Virus record (IMG/VR): IMGVR_UViG_3300017565_000001
Coordinates: 13,741 to 77,740 of that record
Length of the DNA: 64,000 nt
Strand: one strand, 5' to 3'
DNA from: a virus
Lineage: Duplodnaviria > Heunggongvirae > Uroviricota > Caudoviricetes
Shown: positions 1-9,672 of the stretch, one piece after another
Layout: each line of letters begins with the position of its first letter
Numbering within the stretch: the stretch's first letter is position 1
Notes under the pieces: model-generated
What the model saw: the letters and a program-made list of their open reading frames with translations, nothing else
What the model was told of the DNA's origin: nothing
Database searches by the model: none
Made by a program: the position numbers and the translations under genes

Positions 1-158
1 TGGAAATCATAGACTTGATGGCACTTGCAAATCAGATGTCAGTTGATTCAAATACTCATTGGGGTTTTAGTTACGAATATCACCATATGGGTTCCGCTAC
101 TCTATCCCTGCAAGTTGAGGATGATGCGTCGGCGGTCATGTTGAAAATGCTGATATGA
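1..158 (+). CDS. 5'-truncated small protein, 'FKL-motif' paralog family
   Basis: Frame 3 is open from the window edge and ends ...QVEDDASAVMLKMLI*; ATGA overlap with the next gene. Confidence 0.55.
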   Translation, partial: EIIDLMALANQMSVDSNTHWGFSYEYHHMGSATLSLQVEDDASAVMLKMLI

Positions 159-397
159 TTGAACTAGTAGTCCCCTGGTCCGCCATGTACCCCACTTATC
201 CCTCGTTTACGGTATATGCTATTAGGGATGCGGTTCCCGCACCTACTACCATGGATCAAATGAATATTTGGTTGAAAGAAGTAGTACCAGATGACTACCA
301 ATGGACCCTTGATTCGGATAATAGGATTGTACTCTTGCTGCCAAACGAAGAAACAGCTATAATGTTCAAGTTGGCTTTCGGCCATATATGGACTTGA
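155..397 (+). CDS. small FKL-motif family protein
   Basis: NIWLKEVV ... EETAIMFKLAF. Confidence 0.75.
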   Translation: MIELVVPWSAMYPTYPSFTVYAIRDAVPAPTTMDQMNIWLKEVVPDDYQWTLDSDNRIVLLLPNEETAIMFKLAFGHIWT

Positions 398-401
398 CCC
401 T

Positions 402-596
402 ATGATTACCTTCCTGTTGCCCAACAAACACAAATCAGTTGTGATCGAGTGGTTGAACACCAACTGCAAAGTGGGAACCTATGGGCTCACGCAATCTCAG
501 GAAGGTAGCATCATTGTGTCTCTGATGGATGAGCTTGATATCACCCACTTTCGCATCGCGTTCTGTGATGACCTTGATGGATTCCTGGAGCTATGA
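402..596 (+). CDS. small FKL-motif family protein
   Basis: VIEWLNTNC ... ELDITHFRIAF; coupled to neighbouring genes. Confidence 0.7.
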   Translation: MITFLLPNKHKSVVIEWLNTNCKVGTYGLTQSQEGSIIVSLMDELDITHFRIAFCDDLDGFLEL

Positions 597-847
597 AGGT
601 TCGAATCGTAATATATGATGGCGTCGTTCAAGGCCATTCAAGCGCCGTCCTGAGGTTTGTATTTCATTCGAGAGTAATCACAGAATGGTTACTTGACAAC
701 AAGTATGAATTTGAGGCAGTACCGAATGATCAGATTCTTCAGTGGCATTTTATCGTCGATGAAGAAATCGCCATGGCGATGAAACTTCGCTATGGCGATT
801 TAACTGAAATCAAGGTATATCCAGTCACATGCGACGAACCAGTGTGA
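593..847 (+). CDS. small FKL-motif family protein
   Basis: ITEWLLDN ... EEIAMAMKLRY. Confidence 0.7.
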   Translation: MKVRIVIYDGVVQGHSSAVLRFVFHSRVITEWLLDNKYEFEAVPNDQILQWHFIVDEEIAMAMKLRYGDLTEIKVYPVTCDEPV

Positions 848-1196
848 TCTGGCGTTTGCGAATACGGCGACTGATAGTTTCCTGAAGGCTTACGGCGTGG
901 CCGGCCTTCAGATCAAAGTCCTTACGGTTGAAGTGCTTGATGTACGGACGGAATGCAAGGAATTGTTCCTTGAAGAAAATGTTGATGGGGATTTGGCGGT
1001 TGCTACCCCACCACCACTCGTCACCAAATTTTAGGAATTGAGCACGCAGCTCTTCCGTGGGGATCATCTCCAGAACATACATGGACAACAGGCTATTGTC
1101 TGAATTCTGGATGATGCCCAGATACTCCTTGCCATCAAAAATGCCATAGCTAAGGAAAGGGAAGGTTTCGAGGATTTTTTCGATTTGTTCGTTCAT
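825..1196 (-). CDS. hypothetical phage protein
   Basis: Open frame; start placed at ATG 1196 (MNEQIEKILETFPFLSY), divergent from the 1283 gene. Confidence 0.65.
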   Translation of the reverse strand: MNEQIEKILETFPFLSYGIFDGKEYLGIIQNSDNSLLSMYVLEMIPTEELRAQFLKFGDEWWWGSNRQIPINIFFKEQFLAFRPYIKHFNRKDFDLKAGHAVSLQETISRRIRKRQITLVRRM

Positions 1197-1282
1197 GAAA
1201 ACGGTATTTTCATTTTGGTTACGTGGATATTTAGTTTCGTAAAAATCACATGAGCTAAATATAGGCATCGTGAGGATTAAAG

Positions 1283-2068
1283 ATGCCAAGCGTAACTCTT
1301 TATAAGATGCCGCAAGTGATCCAAATTTCAGAATCTGGTCTAAGCGTTCACGCCGTGGTAAACAGAACCGATTTCAATCTGTTCCGTGGCGTAACCAATG
1401 AAATCGAATTTCTGCTGAAAAATGCGGATCGTAAACCATCAAACCTGTTGGGTAAAACCTTGTCCATATTCATTGTGGATGAGCGAACCAATACGGTTGT
1501 AGTCCAAACGGGGTTGACTACAATTAGTGAAACCCGTGGACATTGCCGTCTCACGTTGAGCCCTAGCGATGTGGCTGGTCTAGATAATGGCTCATATCGC
1601 TATTCCATTACCGAAACTGTCGGTGACAAACAGACGATTGTCTTTACAGACCAGAATCGTTCATTCAAAGGCTATCTGGAAATGTTTGATGGCCCTATTC
1701 CTAACCCCAACCCATCGCTTGAGATCTCCAAGAACCAGTTTGTATCTGAAACTTGGGGTAATCCTCTCCTGACCTATTACGTGGCAGGACCCTTCCCAGG
1801 GGCGGCACAAGTCGATAACCGTTCGGGTCAGCACACACTAGCACTCTACTGTGATAACTTCTCAGGGCAGTTCTGGGTTGAAGCCAGCCTGGAAAGTGGT
1901 GTGCCAAATAACGATGCCGATTGGTTCCCAGTCATGGATTTTGAAATGACTGAACAGAATGGCATCAAGAGCGTGCAATTCACTGGTTCATACATGTGGG
2001 TTCGCTTCTATTATCAACCAGCTGTCGATAACGACGGTGAAATCACAAAAGCATTGTTGAAGAATTGA
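1283..2068 (+). CDS. probable virion structural protein with Ig-like (BppU N-terminal-like) domain
   Basis: Beta-rich pattern IEFLLKNADRKP..GHCRLTLSPSDVAGLDNGSYRYSI; preceded by CTAAATA late-type promoter. Confidence 0.5.
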   Translation: MPSVTLYKMPQVIQISESGLSVHAVVNRTDFNLFRGVTNEIEFLLKNADRKPSNLLGKTLSIFIVDERTNTVVVQTGLTTISETRGHCRLTLSPSDVAGLDNGSYRYSITETVGDKQTIVFTDQNRSFKGYLEMFDGPIPNPNPSLEISKNQFVSETWGNPLLTYYVAGPFPGAAQVDNRSGQHTLALYCDNFSGQFWVEASLESGVPNNDADWFPVMDFEMTEQNGIKSVQFTGSYMWVRFYYQPAVDNDGEITKALLKN

Positions 2069-2084
2069 TAGCTGGAAAGGTGGT

Positions 2085-3134
2085 ATGTACAATACTACCA
2101 AGAAGGCTATAACAACAATGCAAAACGACTTCCTCAGCCAGAGGGTACTCAGTGCCCTCCCCGCCAAAAGACGGCGATCACCCAACGGTTCTGTCAACTT
2201 CAACTGCCCCATGTGCTTATCAAGAGGTCAGTCAAGACCTGACACCAAACAGCGATGTGGTTTCGCTACCGATCCATTGGGTGCCATCCGTATTAACTGT
2301 TTCAACTGCGGATTTTCCACTAGGTGGGCACCCGGTAACCTGTTGAACAAAAATGTCCGTGAGTTCTTGAAGAACTTGGGGGTGAATGAACTTGAAATCA
2401 AGAAGCTCAACTTCACTGCCTGGCAATTGACTCACAGTGTTGAAGGTGTGGCGAACCTCACCCCCAGTGCTGTATTTGCTCCCAAGTTTGATGTTCGGGA
2501 GCTACCCAAAGACGCCCTGCCATTATCGGTATGGGCGGTGAATGACTGCGACGATCCTGACTTCCTAGCCGTATCGCAATATGCGATGTCGCGGGGAGAT
2601 GCTGTATTCGATAACTATGAGTTCTACTGGACTCCCGACCGTGAAAACGGCATGAATCGTCGCCTTATTGTCCCCTTCTTCTGGCGAGAAGATATCGTGG
2701 GATGGACTGGTCGGTCAGTAGATGCCGCTCGACAACCCAGATACTACACCGATACACCTGCTCACTTCTTGTTCAATAACGTGAACCTGTACCGTGATCG
2801 AAAATATGTGATATTGGTTGAAGGTATTTTTGATGCCCTGTCGATTGATGGCGTGGCAACACAAGGAGCAAAACTGTCAGAACAACAAGCCTATTGGTTA
2901 AAAGAAATAGGCAAGCAAGTAATCGTCCTACCTGACCGAGATGAGAAGGGTCAGCTTATGGTGGACATCGCGTTGAAACATGACTTTATGGTCAGCTTCC
3001 CGAATTGGGATGATGGCATAAAGGACGCAAACGACGCCATCAAGACTTATGGACGACTGTGGACTGTCAAAACCATTATTGACGGGGCAACTGACAACAA
3101 GCTAAAAATCAACCTTTCCCGCAAAAAGTGGTGA
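2085..3134 (+). CDS. DNA primase (T4 gp61/DnaG-like)
   Basis: Zn finger CPMC...CFNC; TOPRIM motifs VEGIFDA, PDRDEKG, KDAND; adjacent to helicase. Confidence 0.9.
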   Translation: MYNTTKKAITTMQNDFLSQRVLSALPAKRRRSPNGSVNFNCPMCLSRGQSRPDTKQRCGFATDPLGAIRINCFNCGFSTRWAPGNLLNKNVREFLKNLGVNELEIKKLNFTAWQLTHSVEGVANLTPSAVFAPKFDVRELPKDALPLSVWAVNDCDDPDFLAVSQYAMSRGDAVFDNYEFYWTPDRENGMNRRLIVPFFWREDIVGWTGRSVDAARQPRYYTDTPAHFLFNNVNLYRDRKYVILVEGIFDALSIDGVATQGAKLSEQQAYWLKEIGKQVIVLPDRDEKGQLMVDIALKHDFMVSFPNWDDGIKDANDAIKTYGRLWTVKTIIDGATDNKLKINLSRKKW

Positions 3135-3135
3135 T

Positions 3136-4605
3136 ATGCAAGAGACAAATAAAAACTACAATATCGATCTGCAAACCCTGTACCTGAACTTCATGTTGAG
3201 TGATCCCACGGGATTTACTCGCTGCCAGAATATCCTGGATCCCAATCATTGGCATGACCGATTGAAGCCAGCGGTCCGTTATGTGCTGGATTTTGCCAAC
3301 GAATATAAGGCACTGCCCACCGTTGAACAGATTAAGGCAGAAACTGGCATTACGACTGAAAAGATTGCTGATATTCAGCAACAACACACTGACTGGTTCT
3401 TACACGAAATCGAACAGTTTTGCCGCCACCGTGCGGTTGAGTTGGTTATGTTTGATGGCGCGGATGCTATCGCGGCAGGCAAATACAGCGAAGTCGAAGC
3501 CAAGCTGAAAGAAGCCCTCACCATCAGTCTACAAAATGATTTGGGTACTGGGTACTTCGATGACCCCAAGAAGCGCATCCAAGAGGTTCTGGACCGTCAG
3601 GACGTTGTTTCTACGGGTTGGAATGCACTTGATTCCAAGCTGTATGGTGGATTCACGAAGGGAACCCTGAACATCTTTGCTGGTGGTTCCGGTTCAGGTA
3701 AGAGCTTGTTCCTGCAGAACCTGGCATTGAACTGGGCGTTTATGGGTCACGACGTTATCTACATTACCCTGGAACTGAGTGAAAACTTGGTGGCAGCTCG
3801 TCTGGACTCAATGGTTACCAGTTATTCAACTAAGGATATTTTCCGCAAGATTGATGACGTTGACCTTAGAGTTCGTATGGCTGGTAAGAAGGCTGGTGAT
3901 CTAAAGATCAAGAAGTTTCCAGAAGCTGGTACTAGCGCTAATGATATCAGGGCGTATATCAAGGAATATGAGATTCAGACTGGCCGCAAGCCAACAGCCA
4001 TGTTGGTTGACTATCTGGACCTGATGTATCCTAATAATAAGAAAATCAATCCATCGGATATGTTCGTGAAAGATAAGTTTGTTTCGGAAGAGCTGCGCGC
4101 TCTGGCTTCTGAGTTCCATCTGTTGTTTGCTACCGCATCACAGTTGAATCGTGGTTCCGTGGAAGCTAACGGTGAATTTGACCATAGCCACATTGCTGGT
4201 GGTATCTCGAAAATCAACACGGCTGACAACGTGTTCGGTATCTTCACCACTATGGCAATGCGCGAACGTGGTGAATATCGGTTGCAGATGTTGAAAACTC
4301 GTAGCTCGAGTTCGGTCGGCCAGCACATTGAACTGGGGTATGATCCGCAATCACTGCGTATTCGTGACCCGGATCTAAATGCTGATATGTTGCAAAAGAA
4401 TGATGCTGCTACGATTGGCAACCAGATTAAGGCGGCAGCTAAGGCAGCCAATAATACAGCCAATAATGTACCAGGACAGGGATATCAACCAGTTGCGCCC
4501 AAGGGTGGAATGCCACCGCCCCCACCGCCAGCACCCCCATCTGCTTCTCCTACGAGAAGGAATATGATGGACATTCTCAACAAGGTTAAAAAGAACATGG
4601 ATTAA
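3136..4605 (+). CDS. replicative DNA helicase (DnaB/T4 gp41-like)
   Basis: Walker A GGSGSGKS, ITLELSE, Walker B VDYLDLM, ATASQLNR, LKTR; Pro-rich C-terminal tail. Confidence 0.92.
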   Translation: MQETNKNYNIDLQTLYLNFMLSDPTGFTRCQNILDPNHWHDRLKPAVRYVLDFANEYKALPTVEQIKAETGITTEKIADIQQQHTDWFLHEIEQFCRHRAVELVMFDGADAIAAGKYSEVEAKLKEALTISLQNDLGTGYFDDPKKRIQEVLDRQDVVSTGWNALDSKLYGGFTKGTLNIFAGGSGSGKSLFLQNLALNWAFMGHDVIYITLELSENLVAARLDSMVTSYSTKDIFRKIDDVDLRVRMAGKKAGDLKIKKFPEAGTSANDIRAYIKEYEIQTGRKPTAMLVDYLDLMYPNNKKINPSDMFVKDKFVSEELRALASEFHLLFATASQLNRGSVEANGEFDHSHIAGGISKINTADNVFGIFTTMAMRERGEYRLQMLKTRSSSSVGQHIELGYDPQSLRIRDPDLNADMLQKNDAATIGNQIKAAAKAANNTANNVPGQGYQPVAPKGGMPPPPPPAPPSASPTRRNMMDILNKVKKNMD

Positions 4606-4666
4606 CAGCAAAGTTATTGTGAATTCACCTTCACTAAATAGGATAATAAACTTTGCTTTTAATTCG

Positions 4667-4942
4667 ATGAGTCAAGATCTGATCCGTGAATATATCGAAA
4701 TAACTGAGTCCATGTTCGTGGGGCCATTACCCCAACCAGAAATCCTCACAGAGGAGGTGCTGGTCGAACATGTGGACCCAGTTCTCGATCCTGCCATCCA
4801 GCAAAAGCTGGAGGATCTCATCTTCAAACTCAGAAACTACCAGGACCCTGAAGTCGGTGAATATGCCGCCGGAATGGAAGCCGGTATGAGTCAAGCTGCT
4901 GATATGCTAGAAAATTTGATTACAAGAATAAAGGGCGAGTAA
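4667..4942 (+). CDS. acidic late protein, possible head-core protein
   Basis: CTAAATA at 4634 favours ATG 4667 as start; I-T-E-S and L-T-E motifs. Confidence 0.6.
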   Translation: MSQDLIREYIEITESMFVGPLPQPEILTEEVLVEHVDPVLDPAIQQKLEDLIFKLRNYQDPEVGEYAAGMEAGMSQAADMLENLITRIKGE

Positions 4943-5211
4943 TGGATAACAAACTGAAAAGTATCGTGGACGAGCTGAGCTCATATGTCCCACCCAAGAA
5001 CAAGGAAGCGGTTATTGAGGGCCGCGCCTTACAAGTTATCGCAAGCGCTCGCAATCTCATTAAATTGGTAGAGGCCAATTTCCCACCAGAAGTTTCAGAA
5101 GACTTGACTAAGCGTCTGCTGTCTGCCATCAAGAATGATGACAGTGAGAAGTTCTGCCGCCGCATTAGGAAAGCAGGTCAACTTAGAGAGCAAAAAGATG
5201 TCAAGAAGTAA
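4942..5211 (+). CDS. hypothetical helical phage protein
   Basis: TAATG coupling; open frame of 89 aa. Confidence 0.7.
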   Translation: MDNKLKSIVDELSSYVPPKNKEAVIEGRALQVIASARNLIKLVEANFPPEVSEDLTKRLLSAIKNDDSEKFCRRIRKAGQLREQKDVKK

Positions 5212-6637
5212 TATAAATGAAGGGTTTTGGGATTCACTCATCACACAAGCCAAGCGTGGCGCTCTGGCTGCTAGTGGTGCTGCTGGTAATAAGAATTCCC
5301 AAGGTAAGCTTTCGGCACTAAACCTGTCTACCGCGCTGTATGATGCGTTCAAGCATTATCAAGGTGAGACTGGAGCTGAGCAGAATGAACAAGATATGAT
5401 GGATTTCTTGTCCAAGAATCTGGGGTTCAGTGATAAGTTTGCTGAGGATCAAGCACGTCGTTTCGAGAACGTCGTTAATGGCTACGATTATGAAGATCCG
5501 GCCGACGACACAAACGATGAACAGGGTTCTGAACAGGGTGACGAATCGACTGATGGGGCTGCGGGCGGCGACGAACGTAAAGAACCAACACTTGATACCA
5601 AGGAGCAACCAGCCGAACAACCAAAGGCCGAAGCTCAACCCGAAGCCGAAGCGAAATCGCAATCAGAAGCCAAGCCCGAAGAAGCAGAACCCGCCGCAGA
5701 GAAGCAAGCCGATGAACAACCGGCTGACACCAAGCAAGATGGTGAGCAAGGAAAATCTGAGGGTGGTGACGCTGAAGCAAAGGAAAAACGCGAAGACAGC
5801 ACTGAACGTTTCATGCAAACAGAAATGTACAATGAAATGTCTATGCAAATTCGTGGTAATGGTGGTCGAACACCTAACTTGATTTTGGTCACTCCCCAAA
5901 ATGCAACTAAGGTCAAGAGTCTGCTAGACGCTGCAAAAGCTGACAAAAAATGGGGAACATTCATAAACAGTCTTGAAGGCATGGGTGCCATGACCTCCTG
6001 GGCAAATCTTCAAGAATTGCTGATGGATAAAGGTGTTGAAATCCCCAAGTCCAAGGTTGGTATGGCGGAAATCATGAAGGATGCATTGAACCAAGCTGGT
6101 AAGTTGGTTGGTTCCAATTATGTACGCAAGGCTGATACCTTTATTGTTGGTGTTCCAGACAAGCCTACTGGTCAAGAATTCAAACTGCGTGAAAGCGTTC
6201 AGTTGAATGAAGATCTGAATGATAAGGAATTGCGTGACTTCTTCCTGAAAGTATCTCAAAGTGCTTTGAAGTCGGGTGAAGCTAAATCAACAGCCAAGCG
6301 CCAGATCAGCAGTGTCAAGAATCGTATCAACAAGAATGGTGCATATCGTGCTCCTGGTGCAAAGACCGCTGCTCCACAAGCTCAGCAGTCTAGCCAACAG
6401 ACCACGCAATCGACACCTTCGGCACAGACTACCAAACAAGGCCAGCCAGCTCAAGCATCATCAACCGCAGTACCAAGTGGTTTGAATGTTAAACTCACCA
6501 AGGCGGATAAGCAGTTGATTGATGATCTGGACGGAACTGATATCGTCGATGCCGTTGATAGTGACATTCCAGATGTGAAGGCCCTGGCCCGCCGCATTAT
6601 TGGTAACGCGATCAACGATTACAAGAACAAAAAGTAA
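5198..6637 (+). CDS. large low-complexity late protein, probable prohead core/internal protein
   Basis: Acidic E/Q/P/A-rich linkers; INEG, LRES and LNED putative protease sites. Confidence 0.6.
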   Translation: MSRSNINEGFWDSLITQAKRGALAASGAAGNKNSQGKLSALNLSTALYDAFKHYQGETGAEQNEQDMMDFLSKNLGFSDKFAEDQARRFENVVNGYDYEDPADDTNDEQGSEQGDESTDGAAGGDERKEPTLDTKEQPAEQPKAEAQPEAEAKSQSEAKPEEAEPAAEKQADEQPADTKQDGEQGKSEGGDAEAKEKREDSTERFMQTEMYNEMSMQIRGNGGRTPNLILVTPQNATKVKSLLDAAKADKKWGTFINSLEGMGAMTSWANLQELLMDKGVEIPKSKVGMAEIMKDALNQAGKLVGSNYVRKADTFIVGVPDKPTGQEFKLRESVQLNEDLNDKELRDFFLKVSQSALKSGEAKSTAKRQISSVKNRINKNGAYRAPGAKTAAPQAQQSSQQTTQSTPSAQTTKQGQPAQASSTAVPSGLNVKLTKADKQLIDDLDGTDIVDAVDSDIPDVKALARRIIGNAINDYKNKK

Positions 6638-6727
6638 GTTCGTAGTTTCTTCTCCCTCCCCCATGGTGCCAAGATATCTTGGCACCATTATTTTGACGTG
6701 GCCAAATGTGAAGCGTATTCTGGTGAT

Positions 6728-7708
6728 ATGAGCATAAAACACTTCGCCAATCTATCCCAAAAACGCCGAACTGAATTCTTGGATCACCCCGAGAGGTTCA
6801 TGTATCAGGAGAAAATTGATGGTTCCAATTTCATAGTTGGCATGACTGATGGGCAATTGTGGACCTCTCGAAAGAGTGGTACCCAACGATATTATGATAT
6901 TGATGACTGGCCCAATCTGCCATGGACCAGACAATTCAGGGCAGTTCATTGGACGTGTTCTGAAATCTTCAAAATGCGCAAAAGTCTTGGCACTGCTCCA
7001 ACTGATGATTTCGTTCTAAATTGTGAAATTCTGAGTCGTGATTATCCCAATACAGTGAAATACTACCACTCGATAAAATCAAAACACCCAGGAACGGACC
7101 ATTTAACCTTAGTCGCATTTGATGCCACGGAAGATCATGACTGGTTGGTACAATCGTCAGCCGGTGCATGTATTTCGTCAATGAGTACCCAAGATGGTAT
7201 TTCGTTGACAGCATATCAGTATGCGTTTGACATATTCGTGACCACCCTTGCCACCAAGTGGTGTGTCCATGCGGCGGGTGATCTTGATGATAGAACGGTA
7301 GAAGAACAGGAACGATTGCTACTTGACCTATATCTTGTCCCATTGGAACGTGGGCAATTTTCTGCCGATCGAATCGAAGGGTTGGTGTTCAAGCACATTA
7401 CTGATGGCTGGATGGTGAAGCTAGTTGATCGCGCAGATTTCACAGCCAGAAATAAAGACAACAACAGCTTCAACACACAGATATTCAGAACCCCTAGAAG
7501 GCTCTCCAACAGCGTGGCGGATCAACTTGAACGCGACTTGTTTGATGGTATGGAAACGCGCAAAGCCGTCGATATAGCCCGTTCTAGGGCTTATTCGATA
7601 CTGGAAAACTATCTCGCCAATCCATCAACTGAATATTCAAGGCATATGCGAAATATGGAGGCTATGGCTTCCTTCTTAACCGAATTGGAAAAGAAAAATG
7701 GGCGGTAA
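6728..7708 (+). CDS. Rnl2-like RNA ligase / covalent nucleotidyltransferase domain protein
   Basis: Motif I EKIDGSN, CEIL, AFD, motif IV EGLVFK, motif V VKLVD; sigma70 promoter TTGACG-17-TATTCT at 6693. Confidence 0.65.
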   Translation: MSIKHFANLSQKRRTEFLDHPERFMYQEKIDGSNFIVGMTDGQLWTSRKSGTQRYYDIDDWPNLPWTRQFRAVHWTCSEIFKMRKSLGTAPTDDFVLNCEILSRDYPNTVKYYHSIKSKHPGTDHLTLVAFDATEDHDWLVQSSAGACISSMSTQDGISLTAYQYAFDIFVTTLATKWCVHAAGDLDDRTVEEQERLLLDLYLVPLERGQFSADRIEGLVFKHITDGWMVKLVDRADFTARNKDNNSFNTQIFRTPRRLSNSVADQLERDLFDGMETRKAVDIARSRAYSILENYLANPSTEYSRHMRNMEAMASFLTELEKKNGR

Positions 7709-8567
7709 AGCCTTTGATGATACAAAACCAGTAGCTAGGGATCGCATCATACCTATCATCGAATGGTATCTGAAGGCGTTGGGTGGTTTTCGTTTCACTA
7801 CTCTGGGTAGTACCGGTAAGAAGGATATGAGTGGTGACATTGATTTGGCCGTACAATCGATAAATGGATTCACATTTGATTTCGGCGCCTTGAGTGGTTT
7901 TGCCCATGAAGCTGCACTGCGTGTTATGGTTCTGAAACTTGAGAAGATCTTGGGTGTGGACAATGTCAAACCCAATATTCGCTTCAGTCAAATATATACT
8001 CGATGGCATGATCCACAGGGCGGCGATCCTGTTCAGGTGGACTTCATGCTAGGTGACATGGCTTTGTTAGCATTCACTCACTGGTCGCCAGAACCACATA
8101 CTAGCCAGTATTCAGGAGCACATAGGACTGAATATTTGAAAGCTGTGGCAAAGTCACTCAGCAGGGTAGAATCAGTGGATGGGCGAGTTGTGGCAAGAGT
8201 TGGCTATACTCTGCATCATGATCGAGGCCTTGAATACAGCCCTAGGTGGTGCAAACCACGGCAAGACGGTGAAGGATATACGGTCAAAATGGTAAAGGTT
8301 AGTGATGCTGATATCGAGTTGTTTGAAGCCACCTTTCCGTTGTTAGTCAGCAAGAAAGAATCACACGGATTTACTACTGATCCCAGGATTATCTGTGAGC
8401 GGTTGTTTGATACCGGAGTCACTCCCGATATGGTAAATAGTTACGAACAAATTGCTGATTTGGTCAAAAACAGCCATCATCTTTATATCAACCGGGATTT
8501 AATCTGGCAGCTTTATGTAGAGCGATTGGTGGAGATCAAACAGCCTATACCAAAGAGGTTTGTATGA
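7698..8567 (+). CDS. Pol-beta superfamily nucleotidyltransferase
   Basis: LGSTGKKDMSGDIDLAV signature and a third acidic residue in VQVDFM. Confidence 0.7.
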   Translation: MGGKAFDDTKPVARDRIIPIIEWYLKALGGFRFTTLGSTGKKDMSGDIDLAVQSINGFTFDFGALSGFAHEAALRVMVLKLEKILGVDNVKPNIRFSQIYTRWHDPQGGDPVQVDFMLGDMALLAFTHWSPEPHTSQYSGAHRTEYLKAVAKSLSRVESVDGRVVARVGYTLHHDRGLEYSPRWCKPRQDGEGYTVKMVKVSDADIELFEATFPLLVSKKESHGFTTDPRIICERLFDTGVTPDMVNSYEQIADLVKNSHHLYINRDLIWQLYVERLVEIKQPIPKRFV

Positions 8568-8719
8568 GATATCGTGAACTCATTGAAACAAAGCTGAAAG
8601 AATGTGATGCCGGTACAACTACGGCTTCAAACGTGGCTACAGTTGTGGCTCCCTTGGGTGCCCAACCCGCTGTCACAAAGAAGAAAAAGAAGACCAAGCC
8701 AGTTCTTCTCCGTAGATGA
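8564..8719 (+). CDS. 51-aa basic protein (MRYRELIETKLKE...KKKKKTKPVLLRR), below the ORF-track cutoff
   Basis: ATGA overlap; N-terminus resembles the MRYxE starts at 10476 and 12574. Confidence 0.55.
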   Translation: MRYRELIETKLKECDAGTTTASNVATVVAPLGAQPAVTKKKKKTKPVLLRR

Positions 8720-8769
8720 AGATTCGTAATAAATACGGCAAACAACAGCCTAAAGGCTAAGGAACTATC

Positions 8770-9168
8770 ATGTCATATACACTCAACTCCACTGAAACAC
8801 TGGGCCGCAAACAGCGTGCCGGTGAAGGCGAATACCTGGGTCGTAACCTGGACTTCTATACCGTCCGCACATTGCTGGATATCAGCCGTGGTGCTTCGGA
8901 ATCAGAATCCCAAGCCCGCCTGAATGCTCTGATTCAAATCATCGGCACTCGCGCACAGCCCATCATCGTCAACATCGAACCTGTTGCTACGGAAACCGAC
9001 CCAGAGGACCTGCCAGGCGGTTCTGGCGCAGTTTCTGTTTATACCCTGAAGTTTGCTATTGAACACGAAGGCGCATGGGAAACCACTCCTTCGTTGGCTC
9101 AGTCCCTGGTGGGCGTTGCTGGTTTTACTGCCGACAACGTTTCGGTTACCTACCACGCTGAACTGTAA
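8770..9168 (+). CDS. abundant virion protein, possible capsid decoration (paralog 1)
   Basis: ATAAATA promoter, AAGGA SD; GEGEYLGRNLDFYTV shared with the next gene. Confidence 0.6.
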   Translation: MSYTLNSTETLGRKQRAGEGEYLGRNLDFYTVRTLLDISRGASESESQARLNALIQIIGTRAQPIIVNIEPVATETDPEDLPGGSGAVSVYTLKFAIEHEGAWETTPSLAQSLVGVAGFTADNVSVTYHAEL

Positions 9169-9253
9169 AAGCTAGTGTTAACGGGGATTTTAGTTCCCCG
9201 TTCGCACAAAGAACATAAATACATTACAAAACCAATTCCTTAGGAGAATTACA

Positions 9254-9589
9254 ATGGTTGCACCCGTAAATGCAAAGGTTGGTTCCGGCGAATTCGTCGG
9301 CCGTAACCTGGATTTCTACACTGTTACTACTTCGGTCAACATCACCCCTGGTGCCGTTGGTTCCGCTTCGCAAATCGCTCTGGACACTCTGAACCAGACC
9401 ATCGCTCTGAACGGCCAAACCGTTCTGTTCCAACTGGAAGGCGCTGGTGTTGTTAAGTTCGCCATCGAACACACTCTGTCGTGGGGCGTGGACGCCGCCG
9501 CTTCCGAAGCCGCCCTGTTGGCTGCTCTGGTTGCTACTGGCCTGTTCACCGCTGAAAACACTGAAGTGGTTTACGCCGCTGCTCTGTAA
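9254..9589 (+). CDS. abundant virion protein, possible capsid decoration (paralog 2)
   Basis: ATAAATA promoter, AGGAG SD; GSGEFVGRNLDFYTV; UUCG-loop terminator follows. Confidence 0.6.
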   Translation: MVAPVNAKVGSGEFVGRNLDFYTVTTSVNITPGAVGSASQIALDTLNQTIALNGQTVLFQLEGAGVVKFAIEHTLSWGVDAAASEAALLAALVATGLFTAENTEVVYAAAL

Positions 9590-9611
9590 TCTGCGAAAGC
9601 AGTAGTCCAAA

Positions 9612-9633
9612 AGAGGCCTTCGGGCCTCTTTTT
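9612..9633 (+). terminator. intrinsic terminator with UUCG loop
   Basis: AGAGGCC-TTCG-GGCCTCT-TTTT. Confidence 0.85.
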
Positions 9634-9672
9634 CATTTGTCGTATAAATATTCAACACACTGAAGGTGAGTT

